64,000 nucleotides of DNA, taken from the NCBI GenBank assembly GCA_964016885.1, contig OZ024743.1, positions 243,164,001 through 243,228,000 of the forward strand, in the 5' to 3' direction. Below the pieces are notes generated by a model. The model was not told where the DNA came from and ran no database searches. It saw only the letters and a list, made by a program, of their open reading frames with translations. The position numbers were made by a program, and so were the translations under genes. How positions within the stretch are numbered: the stretch's first letter is position 1; every line of letters starts with the position of its first letter. Source of the stretch: Eledone cirrhosa (taxonomy: Eukaryota). This document shows, in pieces, positions 42,501-57,600 of the stretch.

Positions 42501-45500
42501 AGCTGTACCAACTAAAATGCTTTGGTATAATTGTAGTAGACACAGCTGTACCAACTAAAATGGTTTGGTATAATTTTAGTAGCCACAGCTGTACCAACCA
42601 AAATGGTTTGGTATAATTGTAGTAGACACAGCTGTACCAAACAAAATGGTTTGGTGTAATTGTAGTAGACACAGAACTGTACCAACCAAAATTGTTTGGT
42701 ATAATTGTAGTAGCCACAGCTGTACCAACCAAAATGGTTTGGTATAATTGTAGTAGACACAAGGCACTTTATCAACCAAAATGGTTTGGTATAATTGTAG
42801 TAGACACAACTGTACCAACCAAAATGGTTTAGTAATATTGTAGTAGACACAGATCTGTACCAACCAAAATTGTTTGGTATAATTGTAGTAGACACAGCTG
42901 TACCAACCAAAATGGTTTGGTATAATTGTAGTAAACACAGCTGTACCACCCAAAATGGTTTGGTTTAATTGTAGTAGACACAGCTGTACCAACCAAAATG
43001 GTTTGGTATAATTGTAGTAGACACAGCTGTACCAACCAAAATGGTTTGGTATAATTGTAGTAGATACAGCTGTACCAACCAAAGTGGTTTGGTATAATTG
43101 TAGTAGACACAGCTGTACCAACCAAAATGGTTTGGTATAATTGTAGTAGCCACAGCTGTACCAACTAAAATGCTTTGGTATAATTGTAGTAGACACAGCT
43201 GTACCAACCAAAATGGTTTGGTATAATTGTAGTAGACACAGCTGTACCAACCAAAATGGTTTGGTATAATTGTAGTAGCCACAGCTGTACCAACCAAAAT
43301 GGTTTGGTATAATTGTAGTAGCCACAGCTGTACCAACAGAAATGGTTTGATATAATTGTAGTAGACACAACTGTACCAACCAAAATGGTTTGGTATAATT
43401 GTAGTAGCCACAGCTGTACCAACCAAAATGGTTTGGTATAATTGTAGTAGCCACAGCTGTACCAACCAAAATGGTTTGGTATAATTGTAGTGGACACAGC
43501 TGTACCAACCAAAATGGTTTGGTATAATTGTAGTAGACACAGCTGTACCAACCAAAATGGTTTGGTATAATTGTAGTAGACACAGCTGTACGAAACAAAA
43601 TGGTTTGGTATGTTTGTAGTAGACACAGCTGTACCAACCAAAATGGTTTGGTATAATTGTGGTAGACACAGCTGTACCAACCAAAATGGTTTGGTATAAT
43701 TGTAGTAGAAACAGCTGTACCAACCAAAATGGTTTGGTATAATTTTAGTAGCCACAGCTGTACCAACTAAAATGCTTTGTTATAATTGTAGTAGACACAG
43801 CTGTACCAACCAAAATGGTTTGGTATAATTGTAGTAGACACAGCTGTACCAAATAAAATGGTTTGGTATAATTGTAGTAGCCACAGCTGTACCAACCAAA
43901 ATGGTTTGGTATAATTGTAGTAGACACAGCTGTACCAACCAAAATGGTTTGGTATAATTGTAGTAGACACAGAACTGTACCAAACAAAATGGTTTGGTAT
44001 AATTGTAGTAGCCACAGCTGTACCAACCAAAATGGTTTGTTATACTTGTAGTAGACACAGCTGTACCAACCAAAATGGTTTGGTATAATTGTAGTAGACA
44101 CAGAACTGTACCAACCAAAATGGTTTGGTATAATTGTAGTAGCCACAGCTGTACCAACCAAAATGGTTTGGTATAATTGTAGTAGACACAGCTGTACCAA
44201 CCAAAATGGTTTGGTATAATTGTAGTAGACACAGCTGTACAAACCAAAATGGTTTGGTATAATTGTAGTAGACACAGCTGTACCAACTAAAATTGTGTGG
44301 TATAAATTTAGTAGCCACAGCTGTACCATCCAAAATGGTTTGGTATAATCGTAGTAGCCACAGCTGTACCAACCAAAATGGTTTGGTATAATTGTAGTAG
44401 ACACATCTGTACCAACCAAAATGGTTTGGTATAATTGTAGTAGCTACAGCTGTACCAACCAAAATGGTTTGGTATAATTGTAGTAGACACAGCTGAGCCA
44501 ACCAAAATGGTTTGGTATAATTGTAGTAGACACAGCTGTACCAACCAAAATGGTTTGGTATAATTGTAGTAGACACAACGCACTGTATCAACACAAATGG
44601 TTTGGTATAATTGTAGTAGACACAGCTGTACCAACCAAAATGGTTTAGTAATATTGTAGTAGACACAGAACTGTACCAACTAAAATGATTTGGTATAATT
44701 GTAGTAGACACAGAACTGTACCAACCAAAATGGTTTGGTATAATTGTAGTAGACACAGCTGTACCAACCAAAATGGTCTGGTATAATCGTAGTAGACACA
44801 GCTGTACCAACCAGAATGGTTTGGTATAATTGTAGTAGACACAGCTGTACCAACCAAAATGGTTTGGTATAATTGTAGTAGACACAGCTGTACCAACCAA
44901 AATGGTTTGGTATAATTTTAGTAGCCACAGCTGTACCAACTAAAATGCTTTGGTATAATTGTAGTAGACACAGCTGTACCAACCAAAATGGTTTGGTATA
45001 ATTGTAGTAGACACAGCTGTACCAACTAAAATGCTTTGGTATAATTGTAGTAGACACAGCTGTACCAACCAAAATGGTTTGGTATAATTGTAGTAGACAC
45101 AGCTGTACCAACCAAAATGGTTTGGTATAATTGTAGTAGCCACAGCTGTACCAACCAAAATGGTTTGGTATAATTGTAGTAGCCACAGCTGTACCAACGA
45201 AAATGGTTTGGTATAATTGTAGTAGACACAACTGTACCAACCAAAATGGTTTGGTATAATTGTAGAAGCCACAGCTGTACCAACCAAGATGGTTTGGTAT
45301 AATTGTAGTAAACACAGCTGTACCAACCAAAATGGTTTGGTATAATTGTAGTAGACACAGCTGTACCAACCAAAATGGTTTGGTATAATTTTAGTAGCCA
45401 CAGCTGTACCAACCAAAATGGTTTGGTATAATTATAGTAGACACAGCTGTACCAACCAAAATGGTTTGGTATAATTGTAGTAGACACAGAACTGTACCAA

Positions 45501-46789
45501 CCAAAATGGTTTGGTATAATTGTAGTAGCCACAGCTGTACCAACCAAAATGGTTTGGTATAATTGTAGTAGACACAGCTGTACCAACCAAAATGGTTTGG
45601 TATAATTGTAGTAGACACAGAACTGTACCAACCAAAATGGTTTGGTATAATTTTAGTAGACACAGCTGTACCAACCAAAATGGTTTTGTATAATTGTAGT
45701 AGACACAGAACTGAACCAATCAAAATGGTTTGGTATAATTGTAGTAGCCACAGCTGTACCAACCAAAATGGTTTGGTATAATTGTAGTAGACACAGCTGT
45801 TCTAACCAAAATGGTTTGGTATAATTGTAGTAGACACAGCTGTACCAACCAAAATAGTTTGGTATAATTGTAGTAGACACAAGGCACTTTATCAACCAAA
45901 ATGGTTTGGTATAATTGTAGTAGACACAGCTGTACCAACCAAAATGGTTTAGTAATATTGTAGTAGACACAGCTGTACCAACCAAAATGATTTGGTATAA
46001 TTGTAGTAGACACAGCTGTACCAACCAAAATGGTTTGGTATAATTGTAGTAGACACAGCTGTTCTAACCAAAATGGTTTGGTATAATTGTAGTAGACACA
46101 GCTGTACCAACCAAAATAGTTTGGTATAATTGTAGTAGACACAAGGCACTTTATCAACCAAAATGGTTTGGTATAATTGTAGTAGACACAGCTGTACCAA
46201 CCAAAATGGTTTAGTAATATTGTAGTAGACACAGCTGTACCAACCAAAATGATTTGGTATAATTGTAGTAGACACAGCTGTACCAACCAAAATGGTTTGT
46301 TATAATTGTAGTAGACACAGCTGTACCAACCAAAATGGTTTGGTATAATTGTAGTAGACACAGCTGTACCAACCAAAATGGTTTGGTATAATTGTAGTAG
46401 CCACAGCTGTACCAACTAAAATGCTTTGGTATAATTGTAGTAGACACAGCTGTACCAACCAAAATTGTTTGGTATAATTGTAGTAGACACAGCTGTACCA
46501 ACCAAAATGGTTTGGTATAATTGTAGTAGCCACAGCTGTACCAACCAAAATGGTTTGGTATAATTGTAGTAGCCACAGCTGTACCAACTAAAATGCTTTG
46601 GTATAATTGTAGTAGACACAGCTGTACCAACTAAAATGGTTTGGTATAATTTTAGTAGCCACAGCTGTACCAACCAAAATGGTTTGGTATAATTGTAGTA
46701 GACACAGCTGTACCAAACAAAATGGTTTGGTGTAATTGTAGTAGACACAGAACTGTACCAACCAAAATTGTTTGGTATAATTGTAGTAG

Positions 46790-47220
46790 ACACAGCTGTA
46801 CCAACCAAAATGGTTTGGTATAATTGTAGTAGACACAGCTGTACCAACCAAAATGGTTTGGTATAATTGTAGTAGACACAGCTGTACAAACCAAAATGGT
46901 TTGGTATAATTGTAGTAGACACAGCTGTACCAACTAAAATTGTGTGGTATAAATTTAGTAGCCACAGCTGTACCATCCAAAATGGTTTGGTATAATCGTA
47001 GTAGCCACAGCTGTACCAACCAAAATGGTTTGGTATAATTGTAGTAGACACATCTGTACCAACCAAAATGGTTTGGTATAATTGTAGTAGCTACAGCTGT
47101 ACCAACCAAAATGGTTTGGTATAATTGTAGTAGACACAGCTGAGCCAACCAAAATGGTTTGGTATAATTGTAGTAGACACAGCTGTACCAACCAAAATGG
47201 TTTGGTATAATTGTAGTAGC
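46790..47220. repeat. 10-monomer (430-bp) patch copied non-tandemly from ~44.15-44.57 kb
   Basis: It carries ACACATCTGT and TAGCTACAGC, which among the related blocks I saw only in the 44.4-kb copy (offset 2647). The flanking offset to the 39-kb copy shifts from 7513 to 7943 (+430). Confidence 0.8.
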
Positions 47221-50200
47221 CACAGCTGTACCAACCAAAATGGTTTGGTATAATTGTAGTAGACACAAGGCACTTTATCAACCAAAATGGTTTGGTATAA
47301 TTGTAGTAGACACAACTGTACCAACCAAAATGGTTTAGTAATATTGTAGTAGACACAGATCTGTACCAACCAAAATGATTTGGTATAATTGTAGTAGACA
47401 CAGCTGTACCAACCAAAATGGTTTGGTATAATTGTAGTAAACACAGCTGTACCACCCAAAATGGTTTGGTTTAATTGTAGTAGACACAGCTGTACCAACC
47501 AAAATGGTTTGGTATAATTGTAGTAGACACAGCTGTACCAACCAAAATGGTTTGGTATAATTGTAGTAGACACAGCTGTACCAACCAAAATGGTTTGGTA
47601 TAATTGTAGTAGACACAGCTGTACCAACCAAAATGGTTTGGTATAATTTTAGTAGCCACAGCTGTACCAACTAAAATGCTTTGGTATAATTGTAGTAGAC
47701 ACAGCTGTACCAACCAAAATGGTTTGGTATAATTGTAGTAGACACAGCTGTACCAACCAAAATGGTTTGGTATAATTGTAGTAGCCACAGCTGTACCAAC
47801 CAAAATGGTTTGGTATAATTGTAGTAGCCACAGCTGTACCAACAGAAATGGTTTGATATAATTGTAGTAGACACAACTGTACCAACCAAAATGATTTGGT
47901 ATAATTGTAGTAGACACAGCTGTACCAACCAAAATGGTTTGGTATAATTTTAGTAGCCACAGCTGTACCAACCAAAATGGTTTGTTATAATTGTAGAAGC
48001 CACAGCTGTACCAACCAAAATGGTTTGGTATAATTGTAGTAGACACAGTTGTACCAACCAAAATGGTTTGGTATAATTGTAATAGCCACAGCTGTACCAA
48101 CCAAAATGGTTTGGTATAATTGTAGTAGCCACAGCTGTACCAACCAAAATGGTTTGGTATAATTGTAGTAGACACAGCTGTACCAAGCAAAATGGTTTGG
48201 TATAATTGTAGTAGACACAGCTGTACCAACCAAAATGGTTTGGTATAATTGTAGTAGACACAAGGCACTGTATCAACCAAAATAGTTTGGTGTAATTTTA
48301 GTAGCCACAGCTGTACCAACTAAAATGCTTTGGTATAATTGTAGTAGACACAGCTGTACCAACCAAAATGGTTTGGTATAATTGTAGTAGACACAGCTGT
48401 ACCAACCAAAATGGTTTGGTATAATCGTAGTAAACACAGCTGTACCAATTAAAATGATTTGGTATAATTGTAGTAGACACAGAACTGTATCAACCAAAAT
48501 GGTTTGGTATAATTGTAGTAGACACAGCTGTACCAACCAAAATGGTTTAGTAATATTGTAGTAGACACAGAACTGTACCAACTAAAATGATTTGGTATAA
48601 TTGTAGTAAACACAGAACTGTACCAACCAAAATGGTTTGGTATAATTGTAGTAGACACAGCTGTACCAACCAAAATGGTTTGGTATAATTGTAGTAGACA
48701 CAGCTGTACCAACCAAAATGGTTTGGTATAATTGTAGAAGACACAGCTGTACCAACCAAAATGGTTTGTTATAATTGTAGTAGCCACAGCTGTACCAACC
48801 AAAATGGTTTGGTATAATTGTAGTAGACACAGCTGTACCAACCAAAATGGTTTGGTATAATTGTAGTAGACACAAGGCACTGTATCAACCAAAATGGTTT
48901 GGTATAATTTTAGTAGCCACAGCTGTACCAACTAAAATGCTTTGGTATAATTGTAGTAGACACAGCTGTACCAACCAAAATGGTTTTGTATAATTGTAGT
49001 AGATACAGCTGTACAAACTAAAATGGTTTGGTATAATTTTAGTAGCCACAGCTGTACCAACCAAAATAGTTTGGTATAATTGTAGTAGACACAGCTGTAC
49101 CAACCAAAATGGTTTGGTATAATTGTAGTAGACACAGAACTGTACCAACCAAAATGGTTTGGTATAATTGTAGTGGACACAGCTCTACCAACCAAAATGG
49201 TTTGGTATAATTGTAGTAGACACAGCTGTACAAACTAAAATGGTTTCGTATAATTTTAGTAGACACAGTTGTACCAACTAAAATGGTTTGGTATAATTTT
49301 AGTAGCCACAGCTGTACCAACCAAAATGGTTTAGTAATATTGTAGTAGACACAGAACTGTACCAACTAAAATGATTTGGTATAATTGTAGTAGACACAGA
49401 ACTGTACCAACATAAATGGTTTGGTATAATTGTAGTAGACACAGCTGTACCAACCAAAATGGTTTAGTAATATTGTAGTAGACACAGAACTGTACCAACC
49501 AAAATGGTTTGGTATAATTGTAGTAGACACAGCTGTACCAACCAAAATGGTTTGGTATAATTGTAGTAGACACAGCTGTACAAACCAAAATGGTTTGGTA
49601 TAATTGTAGTAGACACAGCTGTACCAACCAAAATGGTTTGGTATAATTGTAGTAGACTCAAGGCACTTTATCAACCAAAATGGTTTGGTATAATTGTAGT
49701 AGACACAGCTGTACCAACCAAAATGGTTTAGTAATATTGTAGTAGACACAGAACTGTACCAACCAAAATGATTTGGTATAATTGTAGTAGACACAGCTGT
49801 ACCAACCAAAATGGTTTGGTATAATTGTAGTAGACACAACTGTACCAACCAAGATGGTTTGGTATAATTGTAGTAGACACAGCTGTACCAACCAAAATGG
49901 TTTGGTATAATTGTAGTAGCCACAGCTATACCAACCAAAATGGTTTGGTATAATTGTAGTAGCCACAGCTGTACCAACCAAAATGGTTTGGTATAATTGT
50001 AGTAGCCACAGCTGTACCAACTAAAATGCTTTGGTATAATTGTAGTAGACACAGCTGTACCAACTAAAATGGTTTGGTATAATTTTAGTAGCCACAGCTG
50101 TACCAACCAAAATGGTTTGGTATAATTGTAGTAGACACAGCTGTACCAACCAAAATGATTTGGTGTCATTGTAGTAGACACAGAACTGTACCAACCAAAA

Positions 50201-53200
50201 TTGTTTGGTATAATTGTAGTAGCCACAGCTGTACCAACCAAAATGGTTTGGTATAATTGTAGTAGACACAGATGTACCAACCAAAATGGTTTGGTATAAT
50301 TGTAGTAGACACAGCTGTACCAACCAAAATGGTTTGGTATAATTGTAGTAGACACAGCTGTACCAACCAAAATGGTTTGGTATAATTTTAGTAGCCACAG
50401 CTGTACCAACTAAAATGCTTTGGTATAATTGTAGTAGACACAGAACTGTACCAACCAAAATGGTTTGGTATAATTGTAGTAGACACAGCTGTACCAACCA
50501 AAATGGTTTAGTAATATTGTAGTAGACACAGAACTGTACCAACCAAAATGGTTTGGTATAATTGTAGTAGACACAGCTGTACCAACCAAAATGGTTTGGT
50601 ATAATTGTAGTAGACACAGCTGTACAAACCAAAATGGTTTGGTATAATTGTAGTAGACACAGCTGTACCAACCAAAATGGTTTGGTATAATTGTAGTAGA
50701 CACAGCTGTACCAACCAAAATGGTTTGGAATAATTTTAGTAGCCACAGCTGTACCAACTAAAATGCTTTGGTACAATTGTAGTAGATACAGCTGTACCAA
50801 CCAAAATGGTTTGGTATAATTGTAGTAGACACAGAACTGTACCAACCAAAATGGTTTGGTATAATTGTAGTAGCCACAGCTGTACCAACCAAAATGGTTT
50901 GGTATAATTATAGTAGACACAGCTGTACCAACCAAAATGGTTTGGTATAATTGTAGTAGACACAGCTGTACCAACCAAAATGGTTTGGAATAATTTTAGT
51001 AGCCACAGCTGTACCAACTAAAATGCTTTGGTATACTTGTAGTAGACACAGCTGTACCAACCAAAATGGTTTAGTAATATTGTAGTAGACACAGAACTGT
51101 ACCAACCAAAATGATTTGGTATAATTGTAGTAGACACAGCTGTACCAACCAAAATGGTTTGGTATAATTGTAGTAGACACAGCGGTACCAACCAACATGG
51201 TTTGGTATAATTGTAGTAGACACAGCTGTACCAACCAACATGGTTTGGTATAATTGTAGTAGACACAGCTGTACCAACCAAAATAGTTTGGTATAATTGT
51301 AGTAGACTCAAGGCACTTTATCAACCAAAATGGTTTTTGTATAATTGTAGTAGACACAGCTGTACCAACCAAAATGGTTTAGTAATATTGTAGTAGACAC
51401 AGAACTGTACCAACCAAAATGATTTGGTATAATTGTAGTAGACACAGCTGTACCAACCAAGATGGTTTGGTATAATTGTAGTAGACACAGCGGTACCAAC
51501 CAACATGGTTTGGTATAATTGTAGTAGACACAGCTGTACCAACCAAAATGGTTTGGTATAATTTTAGTAGCCACAGCTGTACCAACTAAAATGCTTTGGT
51601 ATAATTGTAGTAGACACAGCTGTACCAACCAAAATGGTTTGGTATAATTGTAGTAGACACAGCTGTACCAACCAAAATGGTTTGGTATAATTGTAGTAGC
51701 CACAGCTATACCAACCAAAATGGTTTGGTATAATTGTAGTAGACACAACTGTACCAACCAAAATGGTTTGGTATAATTGTAGTAGCCACAGCTGTACCAA
51801 CTAAAATGCTTTGGTATAATTGTAGTAGACACAGCTGTACCAACTAAAATGGTTTGGTATAATTTTAGTAGCCACAGCTGTACCAACCAAAATGGTTTGG
51901 TATAATTGTAGTAGACACAGCTGTACCAACCAAAATGATTTGGTGTAATTGTAGTAGACACAGAACTGTACCAACCAAAATTGTTTGGTATAATTGTAGT
52001 AGCCACAGATGTACCAACCAAAATGGTTTGGTATAATTGTAGTAGACACAGCTGTACCAACCAAAATGGTTTGGTATAATTGTAGTAGACACAGCTGTAC
52101 CAACCAAAATGGTTTGGTATAATCGTAGTAGACACAGCTGTACCAACCAAAATGGTTTGGTATAATTTTAGTGGCCACAGCTGTACCAACTAAAATTTTT
52201 TGGTATAATTGTAGTAGACACAGAACTGTACCAACCAAAATGGTTTGGTATAATTGTAGTAGACACAGCTGTACCAACCAAAATGGTTTAGTAATATTGT
52301 AGTAGACACAGAACTGTACCAACCAAAATGGTTTGGAATAATTGTAGTAGACACAGCTGTACCAACCAAAATGGTTTGGTATAATTGTAGTAGACACAGC
52401 TGTACAAACCAAAATGGTTTGGTATAATTGTAGTAGCCACAGCTGTACCAACTAAAATGCTTTGGTATAATTGTAGTAGACACAGCTGTACCAACCAAAA
52501 TGGTTTGGTATAATTGTAGTAGACACAGAACTGTACCAACCAAAATGGTTTGGTATAATTGTAGTAGCCACAGCTGTACCAACCAAAATGGTTTGGTATA
52601 ATTGTAGTAGACACAGCTTTACCAACCAAAATGGTTTGGTATAATTGTAGTAGACACAGCTGTACCAACCAAAATAGTTTGGTATAATTGTAGTAGACTC
52701 AAGGCACTTTATCAACCAAAATGGTTTGGTATAATTGTAGTAGACACAGCTGTACCAACCAAAATGGTTTAGTAATATTGTAGTAGACACAGAACTGTAC
52801 CAACCAAAATGATTTGGTATAATTGTAGTAGACACAGCTGTACCAACCAAAATGGTTTGGTATAATTGTAGTAGACACAGCTGTACCAACCAACATGGTT
52901 TGGTATAATTGTAGTAGACACAGCTGTACCAACCAAAATGGTTTGGTATAATTTTAGTAGCCACAGCTGTACCAACTAAAATGCTTTGGTATAATTGTAG
53001 TAGACACAGCTGTACCAACCAAAATGGTTTGGTATAATTGTAGAAGACACAGCTGTACCAACCAAAATGGTTTGGTATAATTGTAGTAGCCACAGCTATA
53101 CCAACCAAAATGGTTTAGTATAATTGTAGTAGACACAAGGCACTTTATCAACCAAAATGGTTTGGTATAATTGTAGTAGACACAACTGTACCAACCAAAA

Positions 53201-54699
53201 TGGTTTAGTAATATTGTAGTAGACACAGAACTGTACCAACCAAGATGATTTGGTATAATTGTAGTAGACACAGCTGTACCAACCAAAATGGTTTGGTATA
53301 ATTGTAGTAAACACAGCTGTACCACCCAAAATGGTTTGGTTTAATTGTAGTAGACACAGCTGTACCAACCAAAATGGTTTGGTATAATTGTAGTAGACAC
53401 AGCTGTACCAACCAAAATGGTTTGGTATAATTGTAGTAGACACAGCTGTACCAACCAAAATGGTTTGGTATAATTATAGTAGACACAGCTGTACCAACCA
53501 AAATGGTTTGGTATAATTTTAGTAGCCACAGCTGTACCAACTAAAATGCTTTGGTATAATTGTAGTAGACACAGAACTGTACCAACCAAAATGGTTTAGT
53601 AATATTGTAGTAGACACAGAACTGTACCAACCAAAATGGTTTGGTATAATTGTAGTAGACACAGATGTACAAACCAAAATGGTTTGGTATAATTGTAGTA
53701 GACACAGCTGTACCAACCAAAATGGTTTGGTATAATTGTAGTAGACACAGCTGTACCAACCAAAATGGTTTGGAATAATTTTAGTAGCCACAGCTGTACC
53801 AACTAAAATGCTTTGGTATAATTGTAGTAGACACAGCTGTACCAACCAAAATGGTTTGGTATAATTGTAGTAGACACAGCTGTACCAACCAAAATGGTTT
53901 GGTATAATTGTAGTAGACACAGCTGTACCAACCAAAATGGTTTGGTATAATTGTAGTAGACACAGCTGTACGAACCAAAATGGTTTGGTATAATTGTAGT
54001 AGACACAGCTGTACCAACTAAAATGCTTTGGTATAATTGTAGTAGACACAGCTGTACCAACTAAAATGGTTTGGTATAATTATAGTAGCCACAGCTGTAC
54101 CAACCAAAATGGTTTGGTATAATTGTAGTAGACACAGCTGTACCAACCAAAATGGTTTGGTATAATTATAGTAGACACAGCTGTACCAACCAAAATGGTT
54201 TGGTATAATTTTAGTAGCCATAGCTGTACCAACTAAAATGCTTTGGTATAATTGTAGTAGACACAGAACTGTACCAACCAAAATGGTTTGGTATAATTGT
54301 AGTAGACACAGCTGTACCAACCAAAATGGTTTAGTAATATTGTAGTAGACACAGAACTGTACCAACCAAAATGGTTTGGTATAATTGTAGTAGACACAGC
54401 TGTACCAACCAAAATGGTTTGGTATAATTGTAGTAGACACAGCTGTACAAACCAAAATGGTTTGGTATAATTGTAGTAGACACAGCTGTACCAACCAAAA
54501 TGGTTTGGTATAATTGTAGTAGACACAGAACTGTACCAACCAAAATGGTTTGGTATAATTGTAGTAGCCACAGCTGTACCAACCAAAATGGTTTGGTATA
54601 ATTGTAGTAGACACAGCTGTACCAACCAAAATGGTTTGGTATAATTGTAGTAGACACAGCTGTACCAACCAAAATAGTTTGGTATAATTGTAGTAGACT

Positions 54700-57600
54700 C
54701 AAGGCACTTTATCAACCAAAATGGTTTGGTATAATTGTAGTAGACACAGCTGTACCAACCAAAATGGTTTAGTAATATTGTAGTAGACACAGAACTGTAC
54801 CAACCAAAATGATTTGTTAAATTGTAGTAGACACAGCTGTACCAACCAAAATGGTTTGGTATAATTGTAGTAGACACAGCTGTACCAACCAACATGGTTT
54901 GGTATATTTGTAGTAGACACAGCTGTACCAACCAAAATGGTTTGGTATAATTTTAGTAGCCACAGCTGTACCAACTAAAATGCTTTGGTATAATTGTAGT
55001 AGACACAGCTGTACCAACCAAAATGGTTTGGTATAATTGTAGTACACACAGCTGTACCAACCAAAATGGTTTGGTATAATTGTAGTAGCCACAGCTATAC
55101 CAACCAAAATGGTTTGGTATAATTGTAGTAGCCACAGCTGTACCAACCAAAATGGTTTGGTATAATTGTAGTAGACACAAGTGTACCAACCAAAATGGTT
55201 TGGTATAATTGTAGTAGCCACAGCTGTACCAACTAAAATGCTTTGGTATAATTGTAGTAGACACAGCTGTACCAACTAAAATGGTTTGGTATAATTTTAG
55301 TAGCCACAGCTGTACCAACCAAAATGGTTTGGTATAATTGTAGTAGACACAGCTGTACCAACCAAAATGATTTGGTGTAATTGTAGTAGACACAGAACTG
55401 TACCAACCAAAATTGTTTGGTATAATTGTAGTAGCCACAGCTGTACCAGCAAAAATGGTTTGGTATAATTGTAGTAGACACAGCTGTACCAACCAAAATG
55501 GTTTGGTATAATTGTAGTAGACACAGCTGTACCAACCAAAATGGTTTGGTATAATTGTAGTAGACACAAGGCACTTTATCAACCAAAAGGGTTTGGTATA
55601 ATTGTAGTAGACACAACTGTACCAACCAAAATGGTTTAGTAATATTGTAGTAGACACAGAACTGTACCAACCAAAATGATTTGGTATAATTGTAGTAGAC
55701 ACAGCTGTACCAACCAAAATGGTTTGGTATAATTGTAGTAAACACAGCTGTACCACCCAAAATGGTTTGGTTTAATTGTAGTAGACACAGCTGTACCAAC
55801 CAAAATGGTTTGGTATAATTGTAGTAGACACAGCTGTACCAACCAAAATGGTTTGGTATAATTGTAGTAGACACAGCTGTACCAACCAAAATGGTTTGGT
55901 ATAATTGTAGTAGACACAGCTGTACCAACCAAAATGGTTTGGTATAATTTTAGTAGCCACAGCTGTACCAACTAAAATGCTTTGGTATAATTGTAGTAGA
56001 CACAGCTGTACCAACCAAAATGGTTTGGTATAATTGTAGTAGACACAGCTGTACCAACCAAAATGGTTTGGTATAATTGTAGTAGCCACAGCTGTACCAA
56101 CTAAAATGGTTTGGTATAATTGTAGTAGCCACAGCTGTACCAACCAAAATGGTTTGGTATAATTGTAGTAGACACAACTGTACCAACCAAAATGGTTTGG
56201 TATAATTGTAGTAGACACAGCTGTACCAACCAAAATGGTTTGGTATAATTTTAGTAGCCACAGCTGTACCAACCAAAATGGTTTGTTATAATTGTAGAGG
56301 CCACAGCTGTACCAACCAAAATGGTTTGGTATAATTGTAGTAGACACAGCTGTACCAACCAAAATGCTTTGGTATAATTGTAGTAGCCACAGCTGTACCA
56401 ACCAAAATGGTTTGGTATAATTGTAGTAGCCACAGCTGTACCAACCAAAATGGTTTGGTATAATTGTAGTAGACACAGCTGTACCAACCAGAATGGTTTG
56501 GTATAATTGTAGTAGACACAGCTGTACCAAGCAAAATGGTTTGGTATAATTGTAGTAGACACAAGGCACTTTATCAACCAAAATGGTTTGGTATAATTGT
56601 AGTAGACACAGCTGTACCAACCAAAATGGTTTAGTAATATTGTAGTAGACACAGAACTGTACCAACCAAAATGATTTGTTATAATTGTAGTAGACACAGC
56701 TGTACCAACCAAAATGGTTTGGTATAATTGTAGTAGACACAGCTGTACCAACCAACATGGTTTGGTATATTTGTAGTAGACACAGCTGTACCAACCAAAA
56801 TGGTTTGGTATAATTTTAGTAGCCACAGCTGTACCAACTAAAATGCTTTGGTATAATTGTAGTAGACACAGCTGTACCAACCAAAATGGTTTGGTATAAT
56901 TGTAGTACACACAGCTGTACCAACCAAAATGGTTTGGTATAATTGTAGTAGCCACAGCTATACCAACCAGAATGGTTTGGTATAATTGTAGTAGCCACAG
57001 CTGTACCAACCAAAATGGTTTGGTATAATTGTAGTAGACACAAGTGTACCAACCAAAATGGTTTGGTATAATTGTACTAGCCACAGCTGTACCAACTAAA
57101 ATGCTTTGGTATAATTGTAGTAGACACAGCTGTACCAACTAAAATGGTTTGGTATAATTTTAGTAGCCACAGCTGTACCAACCAAAATGGTTTGGTATAA
57201 TTGTAGTAGACACAGCTGTACCAACCAAAATGATTTGGTGTAATTGTAGTAGACACAGAACTGTACCAACCAAAATTGTTTGGTATAATTGTAGTAGCCA
57301 CAGCTGTACCAGCAAAAATGGTTTGGTATAATTGTAGTAGACACAGCTGTACCAACCAAAATGGTTTGGTATAATTGTAGTAGACACAGCTGTACCAACC
57401 AAAATGGTTTGGTATAATTGTAGTAGACACAAGGCACTTTATCAACCAAAAGGGTTTGGTATAATTGTAGTAGACACAACTGTACCAACCAAAATGGTTT
57501 AGTAATATTGTAGTAGACACAGAACTGTACCAACCAAAATGATTTGGTATAATTGTAGTAGACACAGCTGTACCAACCAAAATGGTTTGGTATAATTGTA

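Larger units (their letters stand above)
27080..49870. repeat. Middle domain built on a ~4076-bp higher-order unit (about four copies plus partial copies), with larger ~7.5-8.0 kb re-duplication
   Basis: The marker block GCTTTGTTA..ACCAAATAAA..ACTAAAATTGTGTGGTATAAATTT..CTGAGCC starts at ~27100, 30790, 36255 and 43770. Offsets are 3686/4076 (27078/30764, 28596/32672, 34131/38207, 42135/46211), 7513 (36232/43745, 38140/45653) and 7900-7986 (39528/47471, 40287/48273, 41431/49331). Confidence 0.85.
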
